Part shown: in pieces, positions 39,667 to 51,849 of the stretch
Numbering within the stretch: the stretch's first letter is position 1
How the letters are laid out: the number at the start of each line of letters is the position of its first letter
Source of the DNA: Octopus sinensis
Lineage: Eukaryota
DNA: 64,000 nucleotides
Direction of reading: 5' to 3'
NCBI RefSeq assembly: GCF_006345805.1
Contig: NC_043000.1
Location: 118,668,001-118,732,000, forward strand
The notes under the pieces: model-generated
What the model was told of the DNA's origin: nothing
The model's input: the letters and a program-made list of their open reading frames with translations, nothing else
Database searches by the model: none
Program-made: the position numbers and the translations under genes

Positions 39667-39671
<5 letters not shown>
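39451..39671. repeat. 103-bp inverted repeat (foldback) with a hammerhead-like motif in each arm; Penelope-like pLTR relic
   Basis: Arms 39451-39553 and 39569-39671 match at 94 of 103 positions around a 15-nt spacer. Each arm reads GATAA-CTGAAGA-long stem II-[G/A]AAA-CTC[G/A]GA[G/A]T-T-TTAT[C/T]. Confidence 0.85.
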
Positions 39672-39697
<26 letters not shown>

Positions 39698-40503
39698 ACA
39701 TTTATATATATATAACAGTCAGAGTATTGTGTATTGTAGCATATAAAAATAGTTAAAACAAAAAATATAACAAAGTTTAATACTTGTTTGATCAGACTAT
39801 AAGCACCATTTATAATGAAATAAAACCCAATGCCGGAGATACATTAAATTAGAAGTGATCTCTATGAAATTACCTTAATTGCATATATCAATATTATTCA
39901 CTCACCATGATCAACATTAGCTATAATTACTTATTAATAAATTGATAACCTTGGGGATTATTTATCAAGGAAACTAATACAAAAGAATTTACATTTTTAA
40001 AATGTAGGTCTACAGATTTTCCAATACAAGTCAATAATTAGTCTTTTATTGCATTTTCTCACAAGTCCCTTATTATCTATACTAAATTATAAAAGTAAGT
40101 TTTAATAGGAATATTAAATGTAAGTTTTAATAGGAATATTCTAATTATTAATTAAGAAAACAACCATGTTTCTAGGTTTGATGTTTCTTTTAAGGTTATA
40201 TGTTAAAAATATGGTTCTTTGAAATTGAAACATACTACTGTATTATTAGATGAAACATTAAAAAATATATGAAGTTGTTTTTCATTTTTGTATACAAAAG
40301 ATCGGTAAAAGAATATATTTACAAAAGATGGTTTGCCAGAATTTGTCAGATCTTGGGAGCGGTGTTGATGCAAACAGGAAATAGATGTCCACAAAACCTC
40401 CAAGACAAATACATTATGAAATTAGAAAAGTTAGAAAGAAGCAAATATAACGCTTAGATTTGTCTTTCAAGTTATATATTTTTTTTCCACTGTTATTTGC
40501 ATG

Positions 40504-40724
40504 TTAATAGCGTCGCATACGATGTGCTTTAGAGTCCACATTCTGGTCACGTGAGGAACTGATGCTTGCCACAAGCAAGCACATTGCTGAAAACAGGGAG
40601 AAGAAGCCAGAGAGTACACAAATACCAAAAGACCAGGATAAGTAGTTCTGATCAGGACGTGGCATCCACTGTCGATCTTCAGACTTCACTCCAAACACAA
40701 TCAAGGATATTGTAATTAGTAGAC
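40504..40724 (-). CDS. Claudin-like gene, terminal coding exon (TM3, second extracellular loop, TM4, C-tail)
   Basis: Acceptor ttttattttcaacAG (AG at 40726-40725). Splicing from 60037 gives TGT G|GT CTA = ...FLCGLLITISLIVFGVKSEDRQWMPRPDQNYLSWSFGICVLSGFFSLFSAMCLLVASISSSRDQNVDSKAHRMRRY-stop (TAA ends at 40504). The WMP....N.L.WS[FY] loop resembles invertebrate claudin-like proteins (Drosophila Kune-kune/Sinuous type, recalled not searched). Confidence 0.9.
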
Positions 40725-43700
40725 CTGTTGAAAATAAAAGAAAAAAAATTCATTTAAATAAATTGTGAAGACTCACTAGTAAATTTAGAAATCTTTGAAT
40801 ACAAATCAATTCTGTTCTTGCTATTCTGGATAATTACTGATAAGTAGGCACAACAATAGCACACTTCTTACCAAAGAAATCACTAAGAATTAGCATGAAT
40901 CTCTTTACTCATTGTTATCAACGACCACTTCAGAACTAAATATTGCAACTTGAAGATTTGTGTTTTTTGTTTTAATTGTAGTTTTTTGTAATTTATAAAC
41001 ACCACCAAATTTTCTGTTTGTTTCAAGTTGTCTGCTATTAAAGCTTTATTCTTAGGTTTAGATTTTGCATACAAAATGAATTAAACATCAGTGTTTTATT
41101 TAAGCAATGAAGCAAGCATAGCTGCATGGTAAAAGTTTGCTTCCCAACCATTTAGTCTTTGGTTTCAGTTTCACTCACATCGCAATTTGGGCAAGTGTTT
41201 TCTACTATAGCCCAGACACGACCAAAGCCTTTTGAAAGTATTTGGTAGATTCTGACTCAAGACAAACAGAGCACTCCAAATTCTAGTTGTAGTATACATG
41301 CAGATAGAGTTAAAATTATGTGTTTGTGTGTGGTACTGTCTCCTTGGTAGTTGTAAATGAAGCAAGGTCCTTTGTTTCCAATCTTCTATGAAAGACATGT
41401 CTGGTTGTGGGGAAGATATTACCTTACTTGAAAACAGGTGAGAATTGATGACAGGAAGTGCATCTGGTCATAGAAAATCTGCCTCAACAAATTCCGTCTA
41501 ATCCATGATAATATGGAAAAGTGAATGTTAAAACCATGATGAGCAGATGGTAGCATGAGCAGCCTGTTCTCTGCTCTAATTAAAATGAAGGCCTTTACCA
41601 AAAGTGGAATCACTGCCACAATGCATTAACTCTCATGAAATAAATTTGTATTCATGCTGTGCTTAAGGAGACCTATTGAGTCAAGTACACCAACAACAGA
41701 ATAAAAATCAAACGGAAATTGTAGTTGTGATACCCGTGCCGGTGGCATGTAAAAAGCACCATCCGAACATGGCCGATGCCAGCACTGCCTTGCCTGGCTT
41801 CCATGCCAGTGGCACGTAAAAAGCACCAACCAAATTAGCCGTTTCCAGCTTCCTCTGGCCCCTGTGCTGGTAGCACATAAAAATCACCCACTACACTCAC
41901 GGAGTGGTTGGCGTTAGGAAGGGCATCCAGCTGTAGAAACACTGCCATATCAGACTGGAGTCTGGTACAGCCTCCTGGCTTCCCAGACCCCGGTCGAACC
42001 GTCCAACCCATAATAGCATGGAAAAGAGATGTTAAATGATGATGATGATGATGAAATTTAATTTGCTTGGTTTTATGTCCATTTCTTTCATGCCAGCATG
42101 AGTCACATAAGGCTCACTGAGGAAATTTCCAATAGCTGGATGTTCTTCCTGTCACCAACCTTCACATGTATTCCAAGTAAGGTATTTTTTTTTTTATTCC
42201 ACTGGTTTTTCACACACCAAAAGTTGAAACTTTGTGACATTTTTGCTTCCCAAAGATTGTAAACAAAGACAGCATTTTTGGTCAGAGGGTGTTAATAAAG
42301 GAATGTGGAGATCTCTTGTAGGCACCCCATAGCTTCATGGGGAATCAAATGAATTGAGAAGAGAGAGAGAGAGCTGGTTGTAAAATGTATGTGTAGGCAC
42401 AAGCTGGGGGAGGGGGGTTCTTTGTGGTATTTATGTTGGTTCTTAATGTTTTGAATTGTTTGATGAAGTTGCTTGAGTTTAGCCAACAAGAATGTGTCCT
42501 GTAAAAAAAAAGCCCAAAAGAAAGTAATAGAGATACAAACTTTGTATAGACAAATAATAATTTCATAGGAAGCACAGACAACTAAGGAAAGAAGGCAGCA
42601 GAGATCGTTCATTGACCTAACAGTGCAGAACGGAGAGCATGTTGTCAATTAACGTCTGTTTTCTATGCTGGCATGGGTTGGAGTGTTTGACAGGATCTTA
42701 CAAGCCACAGAGCTACACTAAACTTCAATGTTGCCTTACCCGTGGTTTCTAAAGCTGGATGCCCTTTCTAACACCAACTGTTTTACAGTGTGTACGGTGC
42801 TATTTTCAGTGCCACTGGTACTTGTGAGGTCATCAAATAACCCAAATGGTTCTGTGTTCAGTCCTACAGGGTAGCTCCTTGGGTATGTGCAACTGCTATG
42901 GCCTTGGACTGGCCAAAGCCTTATGAATGAATCTGATAGAAGCCCATCATGTGTATATGTGTGTGTTTGTATCTGTGTTTGTTCCACATCTGTGTTTGTT
43001 CAGCAAAAGAGGTCAGTATAAGAACCAGGCTTAAAAAAATAAAAGTACTGGAGTTGTTTCATTCAAAATTATTTGAATATGATGCCTCAGCATGGTCACA
43101 GTCTAATGACTGAAACCAGACAAAAGATAATTTAGCTTTTTTTTTGTTTTTATTACTTCTGGGTTTGGAAGGAGGAGCAGTGGCCATGACCTTTGCAGAT
43201 CCTCTATGACCTATGGGCTTGATGCTATAAATATTCACAGTCCACATCTGTAGGAAAGTACGAGCTGGGATCATATCTTCTGGGGAGGAAGAACTAGGAT
43301 ACCAGGGTGAGAGATGACAAGTAGAGGAGATTCAAGAACAGCCAGCATCCAAATAACAGAGGCCATTAGATTTCGTTTTGGATTTGGTTTCCAAGATTCT
43401 TTATGTGATTTCATGTGTTGAAGCATATTCTGTTGTGTCTGGGGAGAGCCATTTTCTTTTTGTGCCTTATTATGTAAGAGTCAAAGACTATTGAAAAGGT
43501 TGCAAGACGCAACGAAAATTTTAGGAGAATAAAAATAAGAAATAAGTGGAAGTTTTACCAGTGTGTTAAATTATAAGGCACAAAAAGAAAATGACTCCCC
43601 AGACAAAACAGAAGAGACCATTATAGTCTTGGTTAAAAGGCTAAAAGAGGCAAGATAACATATTTGTGCTGTAAGAGACTGTAGTAGGTCTGCGAGTCAA

Positions 43701-44522
43701 ATAGTCAAAACTGACTTTCCTCTCGTCAGATTTTGGTCTGCAAGCATGGCTCTATGGTTAAGTAACTCACTTTGCAACAACATAGTTTTGGGTTCCATCT
43801 CACTGTATGGCACTTTAGGCAAGTGGCTTCTACTATAACTATGAACCAACTGATGCCTTGTGAGTACATTTGGTAGAGGAAAACTGTGGGAAACTCATGT
43901 CATCATCACCATTTAGCACCCATTTTTCATGTTGGCATACATATATATATATATATATATATCTATTATATAAAATCCGTTCTGTCTGTGTGTGTGTGTG
44001 TGTCTTCTAGGATCTCGGACATCCTCCATCTGATTGCGTTCAAATTTGATATGTACATACCAACGTTATGAAGGCTTGTATAAGTCTTGAAAAAATTACA
44101 AAAATTGATACTAGGTGAGAATTGATAAAGCTGTGAGAACGTGCATTTGTACGTGCAAGTACATCAGCTGTTGCGATCAATACTATGAGTACAAGAGAAA
44201 AATGCACGTGCATTTTTTTTTGCACAAAAAAAAAGCCGGCTGGCTTGAAATAATGCCACAAAATGCAGTATGTTTAAGAAACCAAAAAGGTAAGATGCAA
44301 AAGAGATATTTTCTTCAAACTTGGCATGAAGGAAGGAAAGACTATTTGGTTTCTCAAGAAGTTTTTTTTTTTTTTGCTTTAACTTCGTTTAACAAAACCA
44401 AAACTTTTATTGAAATAAAGGCATGCTTAATTATTTTTTAATGAAAAGAAAACACTGATTGCTTTTTATTCAGCAGATATGATTCAGCACCGTCCATTGG
44501 ACGGGGGGGGGGCATTTTGCTC

Positions 44523-44554
<32 letters not shown>

Positions 44555-45011
44555 TAAATAATGATGGTGTATATATACATATATATATACACCATCATTA
44601 TTTAATGTCTATTGTCCATGCTAGCATGGGTTGGATGGTTTGACCAGGACTGGAAAGCTGAGGGGCTGCACCAGACTCCAAACTGATTTGGTTTGGTGTC
44701 TACAACTGGATGCCCTTCCTAACACCAACCATTCCAAGCTTGCAATGGGTGCATTTACATGCCACCAACATAGGTACCAGTTGCAGAACACCAGTATCTG
44801 CCACAAGTATGATTTCATATGGCTTGATGGGTCTTTTCAAGCATGGCATATTCTTTTTCTACCCAAGACACAAGGCCCAAAATTTTTTTTGCGGCATTTA
44901 GATCAACCCTAGTATGCAACTGACACTTAATTCATTGGCCCCAAAAGGATAAAAGGCAAAGTCAACTTCAGAAGAATTTGAACTCAGAACATAAAGACAG
45001 ACAAAATACTA

Positions 45012-45548
45012 CAGTTCTATATTTAAGAGATGAGGAATTATGTACATTATTTACATTTTACAGATATTTGTCATCTTGTTTGTTGTTAACACAACCTTTC
45101 GGCTGATATACCCTCCAGCTTTCATCAGGTGTCTTGGGGAAATTTTGAACCTGGGTTCTCATTCCTAAGGTATTTTTTGCTGTTGTTGTTGTTATTATTC
45201 ATCATTATCATCGTTTAACGTCTGCTTTCCATGCTAGAATGGGTTGGACGATTTGACTGAGGACTGGCGAACCAGATGGCTACACCAGGCTCCAATCTTG
45301 ATCTGGCAGAGTCTCTACAGCTGGATGCCCTTCTTAACGCCACCACTCCAAGAGTGTAGTGGGGGCTTTCTGCGTGCCACCGGCACAAGGGCCAGTTAGT
45401 CGGTACTGGCAACAGCCACGAAAAGATCGTGTTTTTTTTACATGTCACCTGCACAAGTGCCATATTATTATTATTCAGGTCACTGCCTGGAATCGAACTC
45501 GGAATCTTGGGGTTAGTAGCCCGTGCTCTTAACCAATATGCCATATGC
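45012..45548 (-). mobile_element. tRNA-headed SINE family E carrying a hammerhead motif, interrupted by a family F copy (~45200-45462)
   Basis: Head with A box tggcatattgg and B box gttcgattcc (45470-45548), (TAA/CAA)n linker, body 45012-45200 containing the 45088-45133 motif. Body fragments recur at 46906-46960 and 47923-47992. Confidence 0.7.
45088..45133 (-). ncRNA. Slightly decayed minimal hammerhead motif inside a tRNA-headed SINE
   Basis: Minus strand GACAC-CTGATGA-A-AGCTG-gagggtatat-CAGCC-GAA-AGGT-T-GTGTT: 5-bp stem I; two substitutions relative to an ideal motif (10.1 and 15.2). Confidence 0.55.
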
Positions 45549-46304
45549 TCCAAGGTGCCACATTTTAAACTGTTTATGCCAGCTTGATTCATGACTGCAA
45601 ATTAATTTCAGGTGTGGCTGAGTGAGTAAGAAGTTTGCTTCCTTACTATAAGGTTTCAAGTTCAGTTCCACTGCGTGACACCTCAAGCGTCATCTAAAAA
45701 TGCACCAAATAACCTTTTCTTTTTTGCGTTTTTTAAAAAATTACAAAGAACTTCAAACTTCTAGTCATTCTGCTTCAAATTCTAGAGTAGCCTCTCTTAC
45801 AGACAACAACAGAGAGTTATCTACCTTACAATAATTGCATATTTCTGATAAAAATATCAAGTAGAGTCCTGAACCATGGAGTAAATTAGTAAGCTATCAG
45901 AAGTAGGTTACAGCAGGATGAGTCATAGTGGGAACCAACCAATCCACTTTATACACTTAAGAAAAATATTTTCATTATATAGTTTCTTTCTTCTTTCTCA
46001 AATATGAAATAAGTGCTGACCAGAAGAAAAATTACTGCAGAAAGCATTTAAAATCCAGCATAACTGAATAGTCATAAAAATTATAACAACCAACAGGACG
46101 TGTGTACGTGTGTGTGTGTACAGGACCTTGGTGCAGTTTGACTAGTCATGCGGCCCTGCCATAAAGTCACTCCTAATTCCAGTAGAGAGCTCACACACAA
46201 TCAGTTTTAACAGGACAGTTTGACTCGACATGATACAAGAAGTTTACACTTGGTTAAGAGGCTCACTTTGCAAGCACACAGTTTGAGGTTCAGTCCTCCT
46301 GTAC

Positions 46305-46638
46305 AGTGAAGGCACATGGCTCAGTGGTTAGAGCATCAATCTTACGACCGTGAGGTTGTGAATTCGAATCCCGGACCAGGCTGTGTGTTGTGTTCTTGAG
46401 CAAGACATTTTATTTCACGTTGCTCCAGTTCACTCAGCTGTAGAAATGAGTTGTGATGTCACTGGTACCAAGCTCTATCAGCCTTTGTCCTTCCGTTGGA
46501 TAACATCAGTAGCGTGGAGAGGGGTGGCTGGTATGCATGGGCAAACTGCTGGTCTTCCATAAACAAGCTTGCCCGGATTTGTGTCTGGGAGGGTAACTTT
46601 CTAGATGCAACCCCATGGTCATTCATGACCGAAGGGGG
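46305..46638 (+). mobile_element. tRNA(Arg)-like SINE family C, about full length
   Basis: A box tggctcagtgg, anticodon-like cttacga, B box gttcg/attcgaatccc, gttcttgagcaagac box. Resembles the octopus OR-type SINEs (recalled, not searched). Confidence 0.75.
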
Positions 46639-47002
46639 TTTCCAACCTCCTGTAGAGCACTTTGGGCATATATCTTCAACTACAACTCTAGGTTCAACTT
46701 CTGCTTTGTGAGTGAATTTAGTGGACAAAACTGCATGATAACTCATATATATGTGTGTGTGTGTGTCTGTGTCCACCACCATCACTCGACAACCAGTGTT
46801 GGTTTGCTTACATCCCCATAACCTAGTAGTTCAGTGAAACCAATCAATAAGTATCAAGCATTAAAAAAATAAGTAGTGAGGTGGTTTGTTTGACTAAACT
46901 CTTCAATTCTATATTTAAGAGATGAGGAATTATGTACATTATTTACATTCGACAGATAGGCATTAAGAAGATGATGAGAACTCTTCAATCAGCTTGTGAA
47001 AA

Positions 47003-47575
47003 TTATTACTTCTGCCTTAGTGAAAGCAGGGGTATTGTTTTCAGTTATGTTTGTTTGTTTGTCCGTGGACAAGATATCTCAAGAACCGCTGGATGGATTC
47101 GGGTGAAACTTTCAGGGATGTTTGGCCTCATGACTGGCACGAACTCATTAGATTTTGGGATCGATCTGTTACCGGACAAGGATTCTGGATGATTTTTCTG
47201 TTTTTTTTACTAAAGCCTTGTGAGTGGATTTGGTAGATGGAAACTGAAAGAAGCCCATTGTGTGTATGTATGTCAGTGTATGTGTAGGTGTGCATGTGTG
47301 TGCATGCACATGTGAATGTGTGTGTGTATACCACTACCAACTGACAACCAGCATTGGTGTGTTTACGTCCCTGTAACTTAGTGGTCTAACAAAAGAGACT
47401 GATAGAATAATTAATATTTGAGAGAGGTCAGGTTCATTTTTTTGAATTCTCATCTGTGGGAACAGTTGAGTTTATTTCAGATATTCTCATTTTAAAAATC
47501 ATCTCTGACTAATTGTTAGGAGGATGTTGATGTTGCCTTGACAAAGGTTTGTGCTCTCTGAGTGCTTTTGTTAAA
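47003..47575 (+). mobile_element. Second copy of the 19140-19530 family, interrupted by a tRNA-SINE fragment (~47208-47410)
   Basis: Shares caagatatctcaagaacc/tgctggatggattcg, attttgggatcgatc and gctctctgagtgct with the other copy. Confidence 0.7.
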
Positions 47576-48446
47576 CACGTTTTGAACTGATTGACTTTTA
47601 CTGTAGTGAAATTATCCACATGTGACATACAAAATACGCCAATGTCAAATGTTTGCTCTTATCTTCTTATCTATGAGACATTTTAAAATTCTCTTATGTA
47701 TGGCTAATTAACAAAAAATTTCCTATCACAATTCTTTTGCACTAACATATAAGATCTGTCCACAAAGAAAGTGAACATTTAAAGTAGTGTACCAGTCGGA
47801 CAACACATGTTTACAACTGTATTGCTATTTGTGGATAGTCTTAACCTGCAATCTCATAATAGCCGTATCATATGACATCAATTAGTCATTGGTCTACATG
47901 TGTTAGTGAACAAATGCTTACTGTACATTATTTACATTTGACGGATATTTGTCTTCATCTTGTTTGTTGTTAATAACAAACAAGATGAGGACTGTAGAGC
48001 AGCCAACTATAAATATCAGCCTTCACAAATTTTGTCTGATCTATGCTTGCACAGAAAAGTAGACAATAAAACAGTGATACATATATATATATATATATAT
48101 GGCACATAAAAAGCACCATCCGTTCGTGGCCGTTTGCCAGCTCTGTCTGGCACCTGTGCGGGTGGCACATAAAAAGCACCCACTACACTCACGGAGTGGT
48201 TGGCGTTAGGAAGGGCATCCAGCCGTAGAAACACTGCCAGATTTGACTGGGCCTGATGAAGCCTTCTGGCTTCACAGATCCCAGTAGAACCGTCCAACCC
48301 ATGCTAGCATGGAAAACGGACGCTAAACGATGATGATGATGATGATATATATATAGTTAATCCAAGCATGAAAACACAAAGAGAAAACACAACAACGCGA
48401 GGACATGGAACAAGTATAGTGTTATTGGATGCTCAGGAAAGAAGGA

Positions 48447-48486
48447 GGGTTTAACGTTTCAAGCAGAGCTCTTCGTCAGAAACATA
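48447..48486 (-). ncRNA. Minimal type I hammerhead motif in a Penelope-like repeat fragment
   Basis: Minus strand GTTT-CTGACGA-A-GAGC-TCT-GCTT-GAA-ACGT-T-AAAC: 4-bp stem I, 4-bp stem II with G.U closure, palindromic ACGU stem III. Confidence 0.6.
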
Positions 48487-49546
48487 GGAAAACGAAAGAT
48501 CCAAAGAAGGTAAGACGGAGGAAAAAAATATTATGTCATCGTCATCATCGTTTAACATCCGTTTTCCATGCTGGCATGGATTGGACAGTTTGAGGTCTGG
48601 AGAGCCAGCAGCTGCACCGGGCTCCAATCTGATCTGACAATGTTTCTACAGCCGGACACCCTTCCTAATGCCAACCATTCTGAGAGTGTAGTGAGTGCTT
48701 TTTATGTGCCACCGGTGCAGGAGCTAGTCTGGGGGTACTGGCAATGGCCACAATTGGTTGGTGCTTTTTACGTGCAAATGGCACAGGAGCCAGTCAGAGG
48801 ACACTGGCCACAGCTATGATATTGGTTTTGACTCAACAGGTCTTCTCAAGCATATCATATTGCCCGACACATCAGGGGTGTGCTTAAAAGGGCCGGACAT
48901 GTGTGGCTGCAATCTCACTTTAGTTGCTGGGTCTTCTCAATCACAGCATATCTCCAAAGGTCCCGGTCTCCTGTCATTGTGAGTCCCAAAGTTCGAAGGT
49001 CATGCTTCACCACCTCGCACACTTTTCTATATTTGTGTGCACATGTGAGTATATATATATATGACAGCACCATATGACTGCCAATCCGTGCTGATGGAGC
49101 ACTAAGAGCACCATCCAAGTGTGATCGTCGCCAGGGCTGCTGACTGGCCCCCATGCTGGTGGAATGTAAAAAGCACCATTCAAGTGTGATCGTTACCAGC
49201 ATCGCTTTACTAGCACTTGTGCTGGTGGTACATGAAAAACAACATTTGAATGAGGGCGTTGCCAGTGCTGCTGGACTGGCTCCTGTGCAGGTGACATGTA
49301 AAAACACCATTTGGGCGTGGCCATTACCAAAACCACATATAAGTTCACACTGCTGTAAGATTTAAGAAACCGATCATAACTTATCTCTTAAATGTACATT
49401 TTAAATAAAATACACACAAAAATACATATATAATAAATATAAGAATCCTTCCATAGAATGTCCTATATCTACTACCATCCTGTTAGTCTTTTATAGAATG
49501 TGTACATCATTACCATTATGAGAGTAATTGTCATTTTATATTCCTA

Positions 49547-50184
49547 CTAGCAGTATCGCCCGGCGTTGCTCGGGTTTGTAAGGGAAATAACTATATAAGC
49601 ATTTTTAGAGAGTTATAGCCAAAAAATAGCAAAAAATGCATTAAAAATGGAAAAAATATGATGGTAGATTTTTTTTTTAAATCGTTGACTCATCGTAGAC
49701 ATTTTTAGAGAGTTACTTCCCTTATATATTGGCGAAAAAATGCATTAAAATGGAAAAAAAAACGATGGTAAATTTTTTTTTAAATCGTAGACTCATGTAG
49801 ACGCTTTCTTAGCCATTTCTGTTTTGGTGTCTTCAAGCCATGAAGTCGTTGTTCTAAAAGAACGCTGTCTCCTTGACAACGCATTACGACGTTGATTTCC
49901 TTACACTCCCTTCCCCACAGGTGCAGGTGTGAGCGTGGACGCCAACTCCGCCGCCATCGACACACGAAAAATTATGCATTAAAATGGAATAAAAAATTAT
50001 GTTAAATTATTTTTTAAATCGTAGACTCATCGTAGACGCGCGCTAATACTCAGACGGGCTCGATATGAATCACGACTATAAGCTACCCGAATTTGGTTAA
50101 ACTGCACCGCAAAATGTGGGAGTAGTTAGGAATGTAAATCGAAGGGGACAGACACTCACACAACTACAGTTTTATATATATAGA
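49547..50184 (-). mobile_element. Non-autonomous Helitron-like element with a different interior
   Basis: Same 5' (tctatatatataaaactgtagttg) and 3' (acccgagcaacgccgggcgatactgCTAG) termini; interior has three aaatcgt[t/a]gactcatcgtagac repeats. Confidence 0.7.
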
Positions 50185-50229
50185 TATACATAGCGCAGTA
50201 GTGGTGAGATGTGACAGCAAAGAAAAGCA

Positions 50230-50740
50230 TACATTCACTCTCTGCATGCAATTAGACTCGGAAAGTTCGTGAGGAACCCATTGACCCAATTTGCTGACTT
50301 TTCCGATAGCACACAGGTGTCAATGAATGGTTGAATGACCAAATCCAAGCTTCTCTGCTAGTTCCTCAATAGTTACGATGAGATTTTGTTCCACCAGGGT
50401 TTTCAGGATGTCCTTGTCGAGTTCTACAGATCTTTCAGGATGAGGCTCGTCTTCTAGGCTGTAGTTTATGGCTCGGAATTTCTGGAACCACCATTGACAC
50501 TGCCTTATGCTTATTGTCCAATCCCCATATACTGCATTAATATTTCTTGTACTTTCCGTTGCGTTGTTGTCTTTATTGAACTCATAAAGCAAAATATGCC
50601 AAATATGCTCCTTTGTTACTTCCAATATAGCTTTGAAAAAAATAGCTGTTAAAATCGAAATGCACTCTTCAAAACTTGCACTATGAATAAGGACAAGATA
50701 AAATTACTACCTGCTTTTATAGCAAGTTAATATAAGTAGT
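50230..50740 (-). mobile_element. Mariner transposase N-terminal (HTH) relic
   Basis: MEVTKEHIWHILLYEFNK...WFQKFR...LEDEPH...EELAEKLG.GHSTI, continuing into GKVSKLGQWVPHEL. Confidence 0.85.
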
Positions 50741-51849
50741 TTATCCCATTCCCCTCTGACATTTAGTTGAAGCTGTTGAAAAAACCGCATTATTATATAT
50801 ATATACATACATACATACATATACACACACGCTCTCTCTCTCGCACACATGCACACATTTATATTCTGTTATTGTTTTATACGTTTCAGCTTTGAGGTTG
50901 TGGCCATGCTGGATCATGTGTGTGTGTGTGTCTATCTGTCTGTCTGTCTGTATGTATATATGTATATGTATGTGTGTGAACAATAATATTTTCAACAGAT
51001 GTGTTGCAAATGTATCTGATTGTTCTCAAGCTTCAATACTGTGTGTGTGTGTATGTGTGTGTGTGTATGTATGTATGTATATGTATGTATGTATGTATAT
51101 GTATGTATGTATATATGTGTGTATGTATGTATGTGTGTGTGTATGTATGTGTGTGTGTATGTGTGTGTATGTATGTATGTATGTATGTATGTATGTATGT
51201 AGAGTGTATGTTTACTTTATTACTAACACAAGCCACTACGGTTATTTAATGTAAAGTCTTCCTCAAATCACTCTCCCTGGCTATTTACTCTCTTCCAAGA
51301 ACATTTTCACTCACTTTTATCTGTTAGCTTCCCATACATTTTACTCATGTATCTATCAGTGTCATAGTCGTCATCGCATTCTATTGTCTACCTGTCAACA
51401 CACTGAATTAGTTTCACTTTATTCGTAGCACACTGTGTGTGTGCGTTTGCGTGTGGTGTAAACCACATTAAGAAGAGCATTTGACACACACACCAGAATG
51501 TGAGTTTTCTGTAAATTTTGCTTAATTGGAGTTTAAATTTAAAAAACTGGACCTGGCATGACGCGATGCATTGTACTCTTAAAAATGCTAGGTAAATTGT
51601 AATTGAAGAAATCCTATATTGTAGATTTGTATAACTCCCAAAGGGAGGCAGATAAAATCTGCCTTTTATAATAAGAGATACAAGAATACCAGTTTAATAT
51701 AATTCACCTCCAAAGGAACGAATATAAGGGATTAACTGTAAGTATTTGAAGAATGATCACATTGTACATTCAACTTGTTCAGCCCCAATTTTTTTTATGA
51801 TAATATACCATGGTATTCTTTATATTCTGTATTTAACCCTTTGGCAATT

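Larger units (their letters stand above)
37670..40503 (-). other. Putative long 3' UTR of the claudin-like gene
   Basis: AT-rich, SINE-poor stretch from the stop codon to an AATAAA with a U/GU-rich downstream tract. Inferred; more proximal AATAAA hexamers also exist (e.g. near 40045). Confidence 0.45.

Noticed and set aside
46305-46380. tRNA-like cloverleafs here and at 2630-2703, 45470-45548 and 55675-55740
   Set aside because: These are SINE heads without a paired acceptor stem, and they run into SINE bodies; not tRNA genes.
48250-48280. CTGATGA followed by a short hairpin
   Set aside because: A chance variant of the family F sequence cctggtgcagcc; no GAAA follows.
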